Virus record (IMG/VR): IMGVR_UViG_3300030099_007635
Span: 1-64,000 of that record
Source: a virus
DNA: 64,000 bases
Strand: one strand, 5' to 3'
This document shows positions 14,520 to 25,400 of this stretch, piece by piece (the stretch's first letter is position 1; each line of letters starts with the position of its first letter). A program made the translations under genes and the position numbers. The notes beneath the pieces are model-generated. The model was given only the letters and a program-made list of their open reading frames with translations. It did not search any database and had not been told where the DNA came from.

Positions 14520-16679
14520 ATGGCGGCAGAAGGAAAAAATAAAGTAGCACAGAGTTTATTGGACTTACAGCCAACTGCTGTGTTAGAACTGTTTAGGATT
14601 TTTCCTGATAGAATAAACAAACCTACCTTATTTCTGGGGTTTCATGGAGGTGCTCTCTATAACCAGTCGGTTAAGTGGCAGGGGGTTCAATATCTCCCTT
14701 TGGCAATGGAAACTGAGGGTTTTGACATTTTAGGTGATGGTAAATTACCTCGACCAAAACTCAGAGTATCTAATAAAAACAATCTTATTACTAACTTCCT
14801 GCAAAACAATAAGGATTTAATAAATGCTAAGATTGTAAGAAAGAAAGTTCAGGTTAAATTCCTTGATGATTCAAATTTTGATGGAGGAAACCCCTTTGGC
14901 ATCGCTGATTCTAAGGCAGAATTAGCAAATGAAACATGGTTAATGGGAAGAAAAACGCAAGAATCAAAATTATTTGTTGAATTCGAACTTAATTCGCCGC
15001 TTGACCTAGAAAATTTTACCGTAAATTCAAGAAATGTAATTTCTAAATTTTGCTACTGGCAGTATCGGGGCGAGGGTTGCAGGTATCAGGGGCAACCCAT
15101 TGAAAAAGAAGATGGATCTCCGTTTTTAGATGCGGAGGGAAATAGGATTGTCCCCACTTATGAGTCTCCTGCAAACGCCACGGCGGGCAGGACTAATTCA
15201 CCCGTTGATTTTTTATTCGATCCTGCCGCAAAATGGAGTGATGGAAGAGTTTACCCAAAGAGTGGAATGGTATGGGTCGAGAGTCCAAGTATTCTCGTTC
15301 CCCCGTTACAGGAAGACATAAACGAATCTGGAGTCCCTTTAAAAACCGTATATGTTTCTATTAAAGATGACAATATAGGACAACATCCAGAGAAAAACCC
15401 CAGCTATTGGCAAAAAGATGGGTGCTCTAAAAAGTTAAACGCATGTAAAAAAAGATTTAATACATTCGATAAGAACGTTCTGGTTGCAGGAGATACAGAA
15501 CAAAAAACTTTTCCTACAGTTAGAATATCTGGAGCAGATAGCGCTGAAAGTCGCATAGTTCCTAGTTCTACAGGATTATTTCATACAACTGAAGCAGATA
15601 TCACAGGAACCCTTACCCCTACAGGGGAGTGGACAATACTGGGTTGGGTTAATATTAATGAAGCTTCTCCTTTGGGCGCTGGTATTTTTAGCACTTCACA
15701 AAAAGATGATGGTATATGGCCAAGCGCAAGGTATTTAAATATAGGAGTAGATACTACAAACAGGGGAAATACCAATGCAGGTTTCGATTTAAATACCGTT
15801 TCTGCTGACTATATTAGTTATTACCTTAGAAAGACAAGCAGTAGTAACACCGCTTTTCGGAGTGACCAACTACATTCTTGCGAGAGGGTTGATAGGACTG
15901 TCTCGCGTTGGCACTGTTATATTATTACTCACCAGACTGGAACCGCTGTTTTTCTTAATGGACAAGGCGTAGATGAAGATACTCTTTTGAAGATATATGT
16001 CGATGGCGGCATGGAATACAACGAGGAAGGAAGAGATGAGGGGAGATTAATTAATAACCTTGGTAATTTCGCCAGTTATGCCGAGAGGACAGGAATGACT
16101 TGGGATACTTTTGGAACCAACGCTCTTCCTCAGACCTTTATGCTTGGAGCGGTGGAATATTTCAAAACCAACAATGGATATGAGAATAATGAATCTATGC
16201 AGGTCTCATCCATGAATGGACAGTTGGCAACGTGGGCGTTGTGGAACAGGGCATTAAACGAACAGGAAAGAGATTATTTAAGGAGACCTGTTCTGAGTCC
16301 ACCTGATATTAATACCAATCTTCCTTTCGTTCCTACTAATTATTACGAATGCACTGGTCTTTTTTCTACCTTAACTGGTGGCACGGGGGACGGTCTAATA
16401 GGAGAACATGCTCCATTGCTATATGCGAAAGACAGTCTTGTTGCATGGTGGGATGGAACAACTGGATTAATCCCCTCTACAACAGAAATTGGGATGATTG
16501 ACATACACACAGGAGGTTTTCATTTAACAGGTAGCGGTCAATTCACGGGAAGAAGTGAAACCTATTATGAAGGAACATTGGAATCAGTTCCTAATCCAAC
16601 TCCAGCCAATCCACGCTTTGGAGGATTCCCAGGAACAGATGGATTTAGTTACGGTAGGAGGGTTAATTTATCAAGCTAG
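14520..16679 (+). CDS. lambda gpL-like minor tail protein with inserted LamG-like domain
   Basis: W.G..Y.P....EGF....DG..PRPKL..SN, KFLD..NF, CYWQYRGEGC, CSK....CKKRF, FGGFPG. Confidence 0.85.
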   Translation: MAAEGKNKVAQSLLDLQPTAVLELFRIFPDRINKPTLFLGFHGGALYNQSVKWQGVQYLPLAMETEGFDILGDGKLPRPKLRVSNKNNLITNFLQNNKDLINAKIVRKKVQVKFLDDSNFDGGNPFGIADSKAELANETWLMGRKTQESKLFVEFELNSPLDLENFTVNSRNVISKFCYWQYRGEGCRYQGQPIEKEDGSPFLDAEGNRIVPTYESPANATAGRTNSPVDFLFDPAAKWSDGRVYPKSGMVWVESPSILVPPLQEDINESGVPLKTVYVSIKDDNIGQHPEKNPSYWQKDGCSKKLNACKKRFNTFDKNVLVAGDTEQKTFPTVRISGADSAESRIVPSSTGLFHTTEADITGTLTPTGEWTILGWVNINEASPLGAGIFSTSQKDDGIWPSARYLNIGVDTTNRGNTNAGFDLNTVSADYISYYLRKTSSSNTAFRSDQLHSCERVDRTVSRWHCYIITHQTGTAVFLNGQGVDEDTLLKIYVDGGMEYNEEGRDEGRLINNLGNFASYAERTGMTWDTFGTNALPQTFMLGAVEYFKTNNGYENNESMQVSSMNGQLATWALWNRALNEQERDYLRRPVLSPPDINTNLPFVPTNYYECTGLFSTLTGGTGDGLIGEHAPLLYAKDSLVAWWDGTTGLIPSTTEIGMIDIHTGGFHLTGSGQFTGRSETYYEGTLESVPNPTPANPRFGGFPGTDGFSYGRRVNLSS

Positions 16680-16680
16680 C

Positions 16681-17088
16681 ATGAAGGATATAAAAGTAAT
16701 TAAAAACCCAAAGGAACTCATAAAATACATTAAAGAGGTTTCCCGAAAGCATTTCACAAAAGAGATTTGTGGCTTTGTGGGCTATGATTCTGAAGAAAAG
16801 ACTTATCTCATTCAACATGAGGAAAACATAGCTCCCAATCCCTCCACTCACTTTTTAATAAATCCACTTAATTATTTATTGTTTAAAGATCAATATGAAA
16901 TGGTGGCTATTTTCCATAGTCATATAGTCGGAGATGAAACCGCATCTGAATTTGATATCAAAATGGCAGATAATTGTTGTCAGCCGTTTTTAATATACAG
17001 TTTAAATACAAAAAAAATAAATATTTATACACCCAAAACAGTTGAGGCGAATGTAAATATATTAGAACGGATTAAGGAATTGATATGA
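16681..17088 (+). CDS. gpK-like tail assembly protein, JAB/MPN domain only
   Basis: EICG, FHSH......SEFD; between gpL and gpI. Confidence 0.8.
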   Translation: MKDIKVIKNPKELIKYIKEVSRKHFTKEICGFVGYDSEEKTYLIQHEENIAPNPSTHFLINPLNYLLFKDQYEMVAIFHSHIVGDETASEFDIKMADNCCQPFLIYSLNTKKINIYTPKTVEANVNILERIKELI

Positions 17089-17729
17089 CACAGATAATGT
17101 TACATGGAATCTTAGCGAGAGAGTTTGGGGACACCTTTAGTATGCGTGTCGAAAACCCCAAAGATATTTTACATGCTATTGATGCAAACAGGAGGGATTT
17201 CATCGCTAGGATTATAGAACTCCAGAAGGAGGGATTTCTGTATGAAATAATTATTAACAAACAAAGGGTTCATAGTTCAACTGAGATGGAAAACCACAGA
17301 GACCCCGAAACTATTGATTTAGTTCCTGCGATAACAGGTAGTGGTCTTGTAGCGGCTGCTAGCGCTATTATTGGTTTTTTGGGAAGCGGAACATTTCTGG
17401 CGGCTATTGCTAAAGCGGTTCTATTTGCAGCCATATCATACGCACTCACTCCAAAACCAGAGGTAGAGCAATTAGAAATTACAGCGGGTGCCTCTACCCA
17501 ATCTTTAATTTTTACCAATACCGTAAATGTTGCCACTCAAGGATCAGCAGTTCCAGTTGGATATGGGAGACTTAAAGTGGGATCGCAGGTTATACAAGCA
17601 AGTATTAAGTCATTCCCACGAAGCGAAAAAACTAGGGACGCACTTAACCCAGGACTGGGAGCTTTGAATGATATCAATGCTTCCTTACGAACAAATAAAG
17701 TAACTGATCAGAGATTTGGAAGATCATGA
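17085..17729 (+). CDS. lambda gpI-like tail assembly protein
   Basis: I.LHG.L...FG, I.LVPAI.GSG, F...VN...QG..VPVGYGRL.VGSQVI. Confidence 0.85.
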   Translation: MTQIMLHGILAREFGDTFSMRVENPKDILHAIDANRRDFIARIIELQKEGFLYEIIINKQRVHSSTEMENHRDPETIDLVPAITGSGLVAAASAIIGFLGSGTFLAAIAKAVLFAAISYALTPKPEVEQLEITAGASTQSLIFTNTVNVATQGSAVPVGYGRLKVGSQVIQASIKSFPRSEKTRDALNPGLGALNDINASLRTNKVTDQRFGRS

Positions 17730-20700
17730 GTCATATCTTAAAAAAGATAGCTATTGCGGGAGCAGGAGGGGGAAAGAACCAAGAGCCTGAACCGCCTATT
17801 TATAAACCGCCCGTATTGGGTGAATTGCAATATGGCTCTTCCTTTAGTTATTCAGAAACTTTAGATTTGGTTAGTGATGGGCCTATCGAGGGGTTGTGTA
17901 ATAAATACGGGGTCGTTCAGGATGCAGATGGAATCTTCCAAGGTATTTATCTTGATGATACACCTGTTGCAGTTTCCATAACTAATGAAGACAACCCAAT
18001 GGTTGAGGAAAGGACTGAGACTGAACAAGAAGTTCTTCAAATTCGACCTGCTACATTAGATAGTTCTTCAGGCACGGGAGTTAAAAGCTGTAGAAGATTC
18101 TTTCAAGCTCTTAATCAACAGAAAGGACATAGCAGGGGTGGTTATATTAGCACCTTAAAAATCAATGGAAGCAGGGGAAATTATTTAACTGGGGAAAAAA
18201 TGACAGACCCCCACGTTTCAATGTTTCTATTGAGATGGAGAAGAAAGTCCAACAGATGTAAGCACTTAGACCCAAAAAGTAAAAGTAAATATCTCACGAT
18301 GGTGAGAGCTTACATTAGATATGATGGAGGCACTGACCAGAGATATTATTGGTTTATTAATGGAAATCGTCGTGATGATTTGAATCTTAATAGCCAAGGA
18401 AACGCTCGTTATTCGGCTCGCAATAAGCCAGTAGGCCGATTTGAAAAACTTTACTGGCTTGATACTAACTCGTTAAGATCTTCAACAAAATTCTTTTTTG
18501 GTTTTGGTCACCGCTCAGGAGGAGGCTTTTGGTCTAGACAACTTTGGAAAAAGACTTCGGATGCCTCTGAGCAGATGGTCTACAATGACATACAGACGAT
18601 TATTGATCTATGGAATAATAATAATGATCCATTAAATCCTGACACTAATATCTATCAACGCCAACTTGCGGAAATGGCGCTAAGCAGACTTAATTGGAAC
18701 GGTAGTCAATTACATCCTGGGGCTGGTGCAGGTAATGGATTATTTACCAATTGGTTGGAAAAAAGTAATGGAAGAAAATGCCATGTAGTTGTGAGGGTAG
18801 AATCTTACAACTCCCAATTAGTTGGTAAGACCGTGTTAGAAAACGGAGAGGTTGCACCAATGAGAACTTACTCATATGGGCAAAGGCACGGTTGGAATTT
18901 AGAAAAAGTGCTAAAAAGTGCGGGTATTAGATTTGCAGACGTTACATGTCCTGAGGTTGACTCTGACGGAATAATGAATGGAAACATGCACGGCTTCATT
19001 GTTTATCAATTTTCACACCTTCAGTGGAGAACTAAACAAAGATGTGGTCAAGGGGAGTTTGCGAGATCTTATACCGTAGCTGTTCCAAAGAAAGTTAAGG
19101 ACGCTTTAAAGGATATCAAAGAACTTCGTTATACTAGGGAGATAAGGGAAGTCCATCATGTCAATGAATTTGAAACTAGTAATTTGAAATATAACTTTAG
19201 CAATGTTCTTGCTGAAGTGAGAAAGGGCGAAGAAGATCAATTACCGCTGAATTATTTCAAGAATGTTTTTATAGACCACCCTTATAACGCTAAATTATTT
19301 GGTCCTTTCTCATCAAAGGCTAAAATCTTCCCCCAACGAATAAATGCAAATACAGACATGCTCACAAGGAGCAAGGTTTTGACGAAAGATGCTGATAACT
19401 ATAACTTAGATTTAGATAGTGCCACTAAGTTACCTATTAATGAAGGTAGTGATGATGAAAGAATAGATGCGGGAGGAGACACTAGAGATTACTCATCGTG
19501 GGCAAATAACTCTCTGATTAGATGGGATGAACAAGCAATCCCAGCAACCCATACTATATACAATCCTAACGTAAAGTCCTGTTTTATTACATTAAATGTT
19601 TCGAATTTGAGGGACACTTTGGTAACTGAGGTTGACAACGTAGGAGGTAACAGTAGCGCCGACTTAAAAGTGGGAACTACTTTTCCAACCGTATTGAATA
19701 TAAAAGTTGAAACAGGCACAATTGATAAGATGGGAGGGCAAGAAGAACCCTTTAGAACTTATCATTATAGAATTGTAGCCCTCATCGAAGGAGACACTCT
19801 AATTGATATAGGTAATCCCGATTTAAGAAATCAAAAAAGTGATAGGGATTTTGTAATTGGATTAAATAAAGACGAAAGAAGAAATAGATTGTGGATGCCT
19901 TTTGAATTACCACCTGTCAGCATTAAACATAATGAGGTCTTAACAGCGGATGGTGAAAGAGGTATTGAGGCAGGGACAATTGACCAAGATAGTGTTGAAG
20001 AACGTTATATCAGGGTGACTAAGTTATCCTTTGAAACTAATTCTGTTTTGTTGAGTAAGGAAGTTGCACTTAATAAAGTAACAGAAATTATTGAAGTAAA
20101 CCTACCTTACCCTTTCTCCGCAATTATTGGAACCAAATTAGATTCTAGAGCATTCGGAGCAATTCCTAAAAGAAGTTATGACCTAAAACTCAAGAAGGTA
20201 AAAGTTCCAAGTAATTATTATCCGACAATAGGTGGTGTTGATAAAAGATACTTTAAGAATGTCGGGGACGAAGCGCTGGGGGCAGCTAATTCGCAAAGAG
20301 GATCTTATTATTATACAAAAGCTAAGAACCCTGAATCCCTGCTTGTTTATGACGGTGACTGGGATGGCGAATGGAATGAAGAGTTGCAATGGACAGATAA
20401 TCCTGCATGGATTTTATATGATCTCTTGACTAATCAACGATATGGAATGGGGGCGCATATTGATGTAAACACCATTAATAAATGGCAGTTATACAAGATA
20501 GGGAGATTTTGCGATGCAGTAGATGATAATGGTTATTTTGAGGGAGTTACCGATGGGCGTGGAGGAAGAGAACCTAGATTCTCATGTAATATTGTTTTCG
20601 ATCAGGGGCAAAAAATTTATGATGCGATTAATACTATTGCTGGCCTATTTAGAGGTAGAGTATTTTTTGGTAATTCTGAAATAAATTTTGTAGATGATAG

Positions 20701-22405
20701 ACCCAGAAGACCAGTTAACCTTTTTACAAACGAGTCAGTAAAAGATGGATTGTTTTTTTATTCTAATAATCGCCGCGACGAACAATACAATACAATTGAA
20801 GTCGGGTTTAGAGATCGCTTTGATAACTTTTCTCCTAAGGTTGAGGTTATTGAAGATGAGGATGACATTAAACAAAGAGGTATATTCAAAAAAAGGATAG
20901 AAGGAGTAGGAATTACTTCCAGAGCTATGGCCAGAAGAATGGGACAGCATCAAATGTTTCATTCTATTGAGGAAAATCAAACCGTTGCATTTACCGCAGG
21001 ATTGGAAACTCTTTTATGTCAGCCTGGGGATCTAGTTATTATTGAGGATGAACTGAAAACTAATAAAGCTAACTTTGGTAAGGTGTTGGCTGTAAATCTT
21101 GAAGAAGAAACCATCAGATTAAGTAATACCTTCTCTGAGGCTACAATGACGGGTAAGCTTACTATTTTTAATCCTACGGGAAGAGACACTATTGAGGATA
21201 TAGATCAATTTGCAGAACTTCATAGAACTCGATATGCTAGTTTCACTTTAACTGGGGATGGAACGGAAACATGGGCGGGTTATACGGGTGACTACGGTTT
21301 TTCGGGATATATACAAGGTTTCCCTGACGCTGTAGAAGGTAACGGAGAAGAAAGGTATGAACAATATGCTGTTTATTCGGGATTTACCACTGGAATAGGA
21401 GGAGGACCAAGAAGGCAAACGGAAATTTACTTTGAAACTGGCGTAACTGGTTGGGTGTTTGCATCAGGTTCTCAAAGACTTTCATACTCTGGAGATTTTA
21501 TCTCTCCTTACACTGGGAACCAAACATTACTTTCTTTTGATACTGGTGACATATCTGGAGGAAACTTTTTGTCAACGTGGGACGGAACCGTCAGCGATAG
21601 AAGGGGGTCATTCGTCCCCTTCACTGGTTTCGATCAAGAAACTATGGTTGGCCCATATCAGGGAGTCATGAACGCTGAAATTTCAGGGAGTTCTCCAGAA
21701 CAAATTTCAGTGTTGAATGTAACAGGTGGAATATTAAGCACCCCTTCACAACTAAAAGCCTCTGGACTTAACCCCTACGGAAGTTTGGTTTCTGGATTTG
21801 ATAAACCACACCTGCTTCCATTTGTGAAACTAGGAAGTCCAGCTAAATTCGAAATAAAAGATGCAAGCCCTTTTATTTACAAAGTTATTTCTCTTAAGGA
21901 GCAACAACCAAATCAATATTTAGTTAGTGCTACAAAATATAATACTGGAAAATTTAATTTAATTGAAAAAAATATCTCAATCGAGGACCAAGTTGATACC
22001 TATAGTTATCAAGTCGCTCAAGAAATTAACGGAATTACCTATACAACTCTAGAGTCGCCTATAATTGACTCATTAACCACGGGTGTTCCAAATGTAGCCT
22101 CTCAAACTTTTAGTGTTACTGGTATGTGGAATAATGTTGAAAACTCTACGGGTTACAATGTTATTTTAACTTATCCAAATGGGGAAACTGAAGAAGATGA
22201 TGTGACCACCACTGGGCATGAATTTACTGGGTTAGCTCAGGTTGGAGTATTTAGATTGTGTGTAAATGCACTTGGAAATAACGGAGGAATAGCCAACCAA
22301 AATGCATACTTCGATTCTGTATATAACTGCTCAGGAATGTTTGTGGTCTATGATGAATTATTTACTTTTAATAGGCCATTTCTTGAACAAATAACTTTAA
22401 TGTAA
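17726..22405 (+). CDS. lambda gpJ-like tail tip / host-specificity protein
   Basis: DLVSDGPIEGL, IYLDDTPV, YP.SA, P.R.Y...KVKVPSNY, WDG, WTDNPAWILYDLLTN.RYG.G, EPRFSCN, G.TS...A.R. Confidence 0.9.
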   Translation: MSHILKKIAIAGAGGGKNQEPEPPIYKPPVLGELQYGSSFSYSETLDLVSDGPIEGLCNKYGVVQDADGIFQGIYLDDTPVAVSITNEDNPMVEERTETEQEVLQIRPATLDSSSGTGVKSCRRFFQALNQQKGHSRGGYISTLKINGSRGNYLTGEKMTDPHVSMFLLRWRRKSNRCKHLDPKSKSKYLTMVRAYIRYDGGTDQRYYWFINGNRRDDLNLNSQGNARYSARNKPVGRFEKLYWLDTNSLRSSTKFFFGFGHRSGGGFWSRQLWKKTSDASEQMVYNDIQTIIDLWNNNNDPLNPDTNIYQRQLAEMALSRLNWNGSQLHPGAGAGNGLFTNWLEKSNGRKCHVVVRVESYNSQLVGKTVLENGEVAPMRTYSYGQRHGWNLEKVLKSAGIRFADVTCPEVDSDGIMNGNMHGFIVYQFSHLQWRTKQRCGQGEFARSYTVAVPKKVKDALKDIKELRYTREIREVHHVNEFETSNLKYNFSNVLAEVRKGEEDQLPLNYFKNVFIDHPYNAKLFGPFSSKAKIFPQRINANTDMLTRSKVLTKDADNYNLDLDSATKLPINEGSDDERIDAGGDTRDYSSWANNSLIRWDEQAIPATHTIYNPNVKSCFITLNVSNLRDTLVTEVDNVGGNSSADLKVGTTFPTVLNIKVETGTIDKMGGQEEPFRTYHYRIVALIEGDTLIDIGNPDLRNQKSDRDFVIGLNKDERRNRLWMPFELPPVSIKHNEVLTADGERGIEAGTIDQDSVEERYIRVTKLSFETNSVLLSKEVALNKVTEIIEVNLPYPFSAIIGTKLDSRAFGAIPKRSYDLKLKKVKVPSNYYPTIGGVDKRYFKNVGDEALGAANSQRGSYYYTKAKNPESLLVYDGDWDGEWNEELQWTDNPAWILYDLLTNQRYGMGAHIDVNTINKWQLYKIGRFCDAVDDNGYFEGVTDGRGGREPRFSCNIVFDQGQKIYDAINTIAGLFRGRVFFGNSEINFVDDRPRRPVNLFTNESVKDGLFFYSNNRRDEQYNTIEVGFRDRFDNFSPKVEVIEDEDDIKQRGIFKKRIEGVGITSRAMARRMGQHQMFHSIEENQTVAFTAGLETLLCQPGDLVIIEDELKTNKANFGKVLAVNLEEETIRLSNTFSEATMTGKLTIFNPTGRDTIEDIDQFAELHRTRYASFTLTGDGTETWAGYTGDYGFSGYIQGFPDAVEGNGEERYEQYAVYSGFTTGIGGGPRRQTEIYFETGVTGWVFASGSQRLSYSGDFISPYTGNQTLLSFDTGDISGGNFLSTWDGTVSDRRGSFVPFTGFDQETMVGPYQGVMNAEISGSSPEQISVLNVTGGILSTPSQLKASGLNPYGSLVSGFDKPHLLPFVKLGSPAKFEIKDASPFIYKVISLKEQQPNQYLVSATKYNTGKFNLIEKNISIEDQVDTYSYQVAQEINGITYTTLESPIIDSLTTGVPNVASQTFSVTGMWNNVENSTGYNVILTYPNGETEEDDVTTTGHEFTGLAQVGVFRLCVNALGNNGGIANQNAYFDSVYNCSGMFVVYDELFTFNRPFLEQITLM

Positions 22406-22406
22406 T

Positions 22407-25400
22407 ATGATTAATAAGGGAGATGCATCATTTCAAGTCCTCAATATAACTGCTGATGAAGGAGCGTGGACTTATGGTTCGGGAGCTTACGATTTTGCTA
22501 CTGGAGCAACTGGAAGTGTAGGTATATATAATGCAATTGCCACTGCTAGCGGATGGCATAGTGTAAAATTTTTGCAAGGTGTATCAACATCTGCATTACC
22601 TACAGGTCTACATGATCTAAACGGTATATTTTTCTCCACGGGATATGTCGTAGGTGGAGCAACTCCAATTGGAGATATAAGAGGCGCTGGAACGGGATAT
22701 AAAGCTGGAGTAGCCCTCACTGATGCTAGTTTGGATAGGAACCAAAGTTACAGGGCTGCTTATTACGCGGTTTACGAAGGGGCTGGAAGTTCTTTAACGG
22801 GAAAAGTGGGTATCGGCACAACCGCTGGTGACTTTACAGACTATGGGTATTACGATGGGGTTTTTACCACGAAAGAAGTTCATGATTTTGATAACTTCTT
22901 TTCAGGTGACACTGGAGACCTTGCGGCTACTACCACAGGAAGTGGTATATACATGAGTTCAGATGTAACTCTGGAGTTTGAAATAATGAATCCCATGGGG
23001 GAGCAATTAACTACAAGCGCACAAATAGTTGCAGACCCATTTATTAGTGGACAAGAAATAAGTATTTTAAATGCAGATGGAAGCATGAGGTTTCCTAGAT
23101 TTAGGAACTATGATGGTTCATCTGTCACTATTGATAGGAGAGCTAATAAAGATATATTCGGACAATATACCAACAACTATGGAGTAAGAAATACGGTTGT
23201 TAGCTATGATGGCACTAGAAACATAAATGATTACTTTGTTTATACGAATCCCGCTGAAGTAGCGAAAGTTAGAGTTCAAGATGGTAGTGGAACTTGGTTA
23301 AATGAAAGTGATAAAGAATTAGAGGGACCGCCCACAGGAGATATTGGAAGTTTTGAAGACGCAAAGGAGGCGTTAAGATATCATAATCACCAACCAGTTT
23401 ATGATAGTGATGGAAATTCTGAGCCAGTAAGCGGAAAAATTGAGTTCACTCTTTCTATGCTTCAAAAGCCTTCTAGATGCACTTATGGGGACTTGCTTAT
23501 TTTTGCGGGGGACAACGCTTTATTTTCTACTAACGAGGGAAGTTTAGTGGGTAGGTTTCCACTAGAGCAGATACAGGAGGGTCAAACGATTACGCTTTAT
23601 GAGGGTAATGGAATCCCAGTGGATGAGCCTCGGTATTACGCGATGATGGTTGATAGTCCTGTTGGATTTGATAACAACGCAGCGGGAAGTGGTGCTCCCG
23701 TATATTTTCTTGGAGACTACACTCTCGCGCAGGTTCCTCTACCCAATATGAACTTTATGCCTAACAAGGGCAACGCTCAATTGGAGGGTGATATAGTAGT
23801 TAAAAGAGCACACAACGGAGAAGGTGGTTATGTAACTGCTGATTGTATTGAAATTGGCCCAGAAGATTACACCTACCCATACGCCATAAAAACTCATGAG
23901 GGACATGTAGGTATTGGAACTTCCGCAGCGATGCTCGGGGGTGCGCGTATGAGCGTTAATGGAAACCTAGTTGGAGGTGGAACAGCAGGAAGGGCTACAG
24001 GCCCAGGAGGTGTAGATTATGCTTTAGCTAGCGATGTTCCCTCCACTATTACTTTTGGTATTTCAGCGGGTGATGTAACCAAGGTAGGTGCTGGCGGTCT
24101 TTCTGATGATGATTTTGTTAGGGTAAATGGAACTACCTACGAAGGTCGTTCTGCCTCTGACGTTAGAAGTGATTTATCCTTGGGGTCACTAGCCTTACTG
24201 AGCGCGGTAGATGCTGATAGTGTAACTGTATCCAACCTTGAAGTTGATAACTTTAAAGATAGCGCAATAGTTACTGAGTCAGAAGGAATTAGCTCTCACG
24301 ATAATGACACAAGCCTTCCAACTTCGGCTGCTGTTAAAGACTATGTGGATAACACTGTTATCCCTGACACCAACACTTATGTAACGAGTGCGGCTTTTGG
24401 AACCTCCGATGGAGTTCTAACCTTAACCCGCAATGACGCAGCAACAGTAACGGTTGATCTTGATGGAAGGTATCAAGATGAGATTACCTCTTCCAACAGA
24501 TTAAACGCCAATCTTATCGCTGCGGGTAGCGTATCCAATACGGAGTTCGATTATCTAGACGGCGTGACCAGTGCGATCCAAACGCAACTTGATGGTAAGC
24601 AAGCTACCTTGACCTTCGGGATAGCCTCTGACAATGTGCTTCAGTCAAATGGAACGATGGCTGATAACGAATTCCTTAAGGTTGATGGAACAAAGATAGA
24701 AGGACGATCCACTTCAGAAGTAAAAACCGACTTAAGTTTAAATAATGTTGAGAACACGGCTTTATCTACTTGGCCTGGGTCCAGCAGTATAGCAACTGTT
24801 GGCTCTATCTCGGCAGGAGAGTGGGCGGCAACGGCGATAGAAGATGCTTATATCGCTAGCGCGGGAAGTTGGAACGCAAAACAAGATGCGATTACGTCTT
24901 CGAACAGATTAAACGCAAACCTTATCAGTGCTGGTAGCGTATCAAATACGGAATTCGATTACATAGACGGAGTAACGTCAAATATCCAAACACAATTAGA
25001 TGCGAAGCAAGCGACGATAAATTCTTCAAATAGGTTAAACGCAAACCTTATCAGCGCAGGTAGTGTATCCAATACAGAATTTGATTATCTCGACGGGGTT
25101 ACCAGTGCAATTCAAACTCAATTAAATGCAAAACAAGACTCGCTTACTTTTGGAATTGCCACTGATAACGTCCTCCAATCCAATGGAACGATGGCTGACA
25201 ATGAATTCCTCAAGGTCGATGGGACTAAGATCGAGGGACGATCCGCTTCGGAAGTAAAAACAGATTTAAGTCTAAACAATGTCGAAAATACCGCAATTTC
25301 TACGTTTGCTGGCTCAGCCAACATTACAACATTAGGCACTATTACAGCGGGAGAGTGGGCGGGAACCGCTATAGATGATAACTATATCTCTAGCGCCTCA

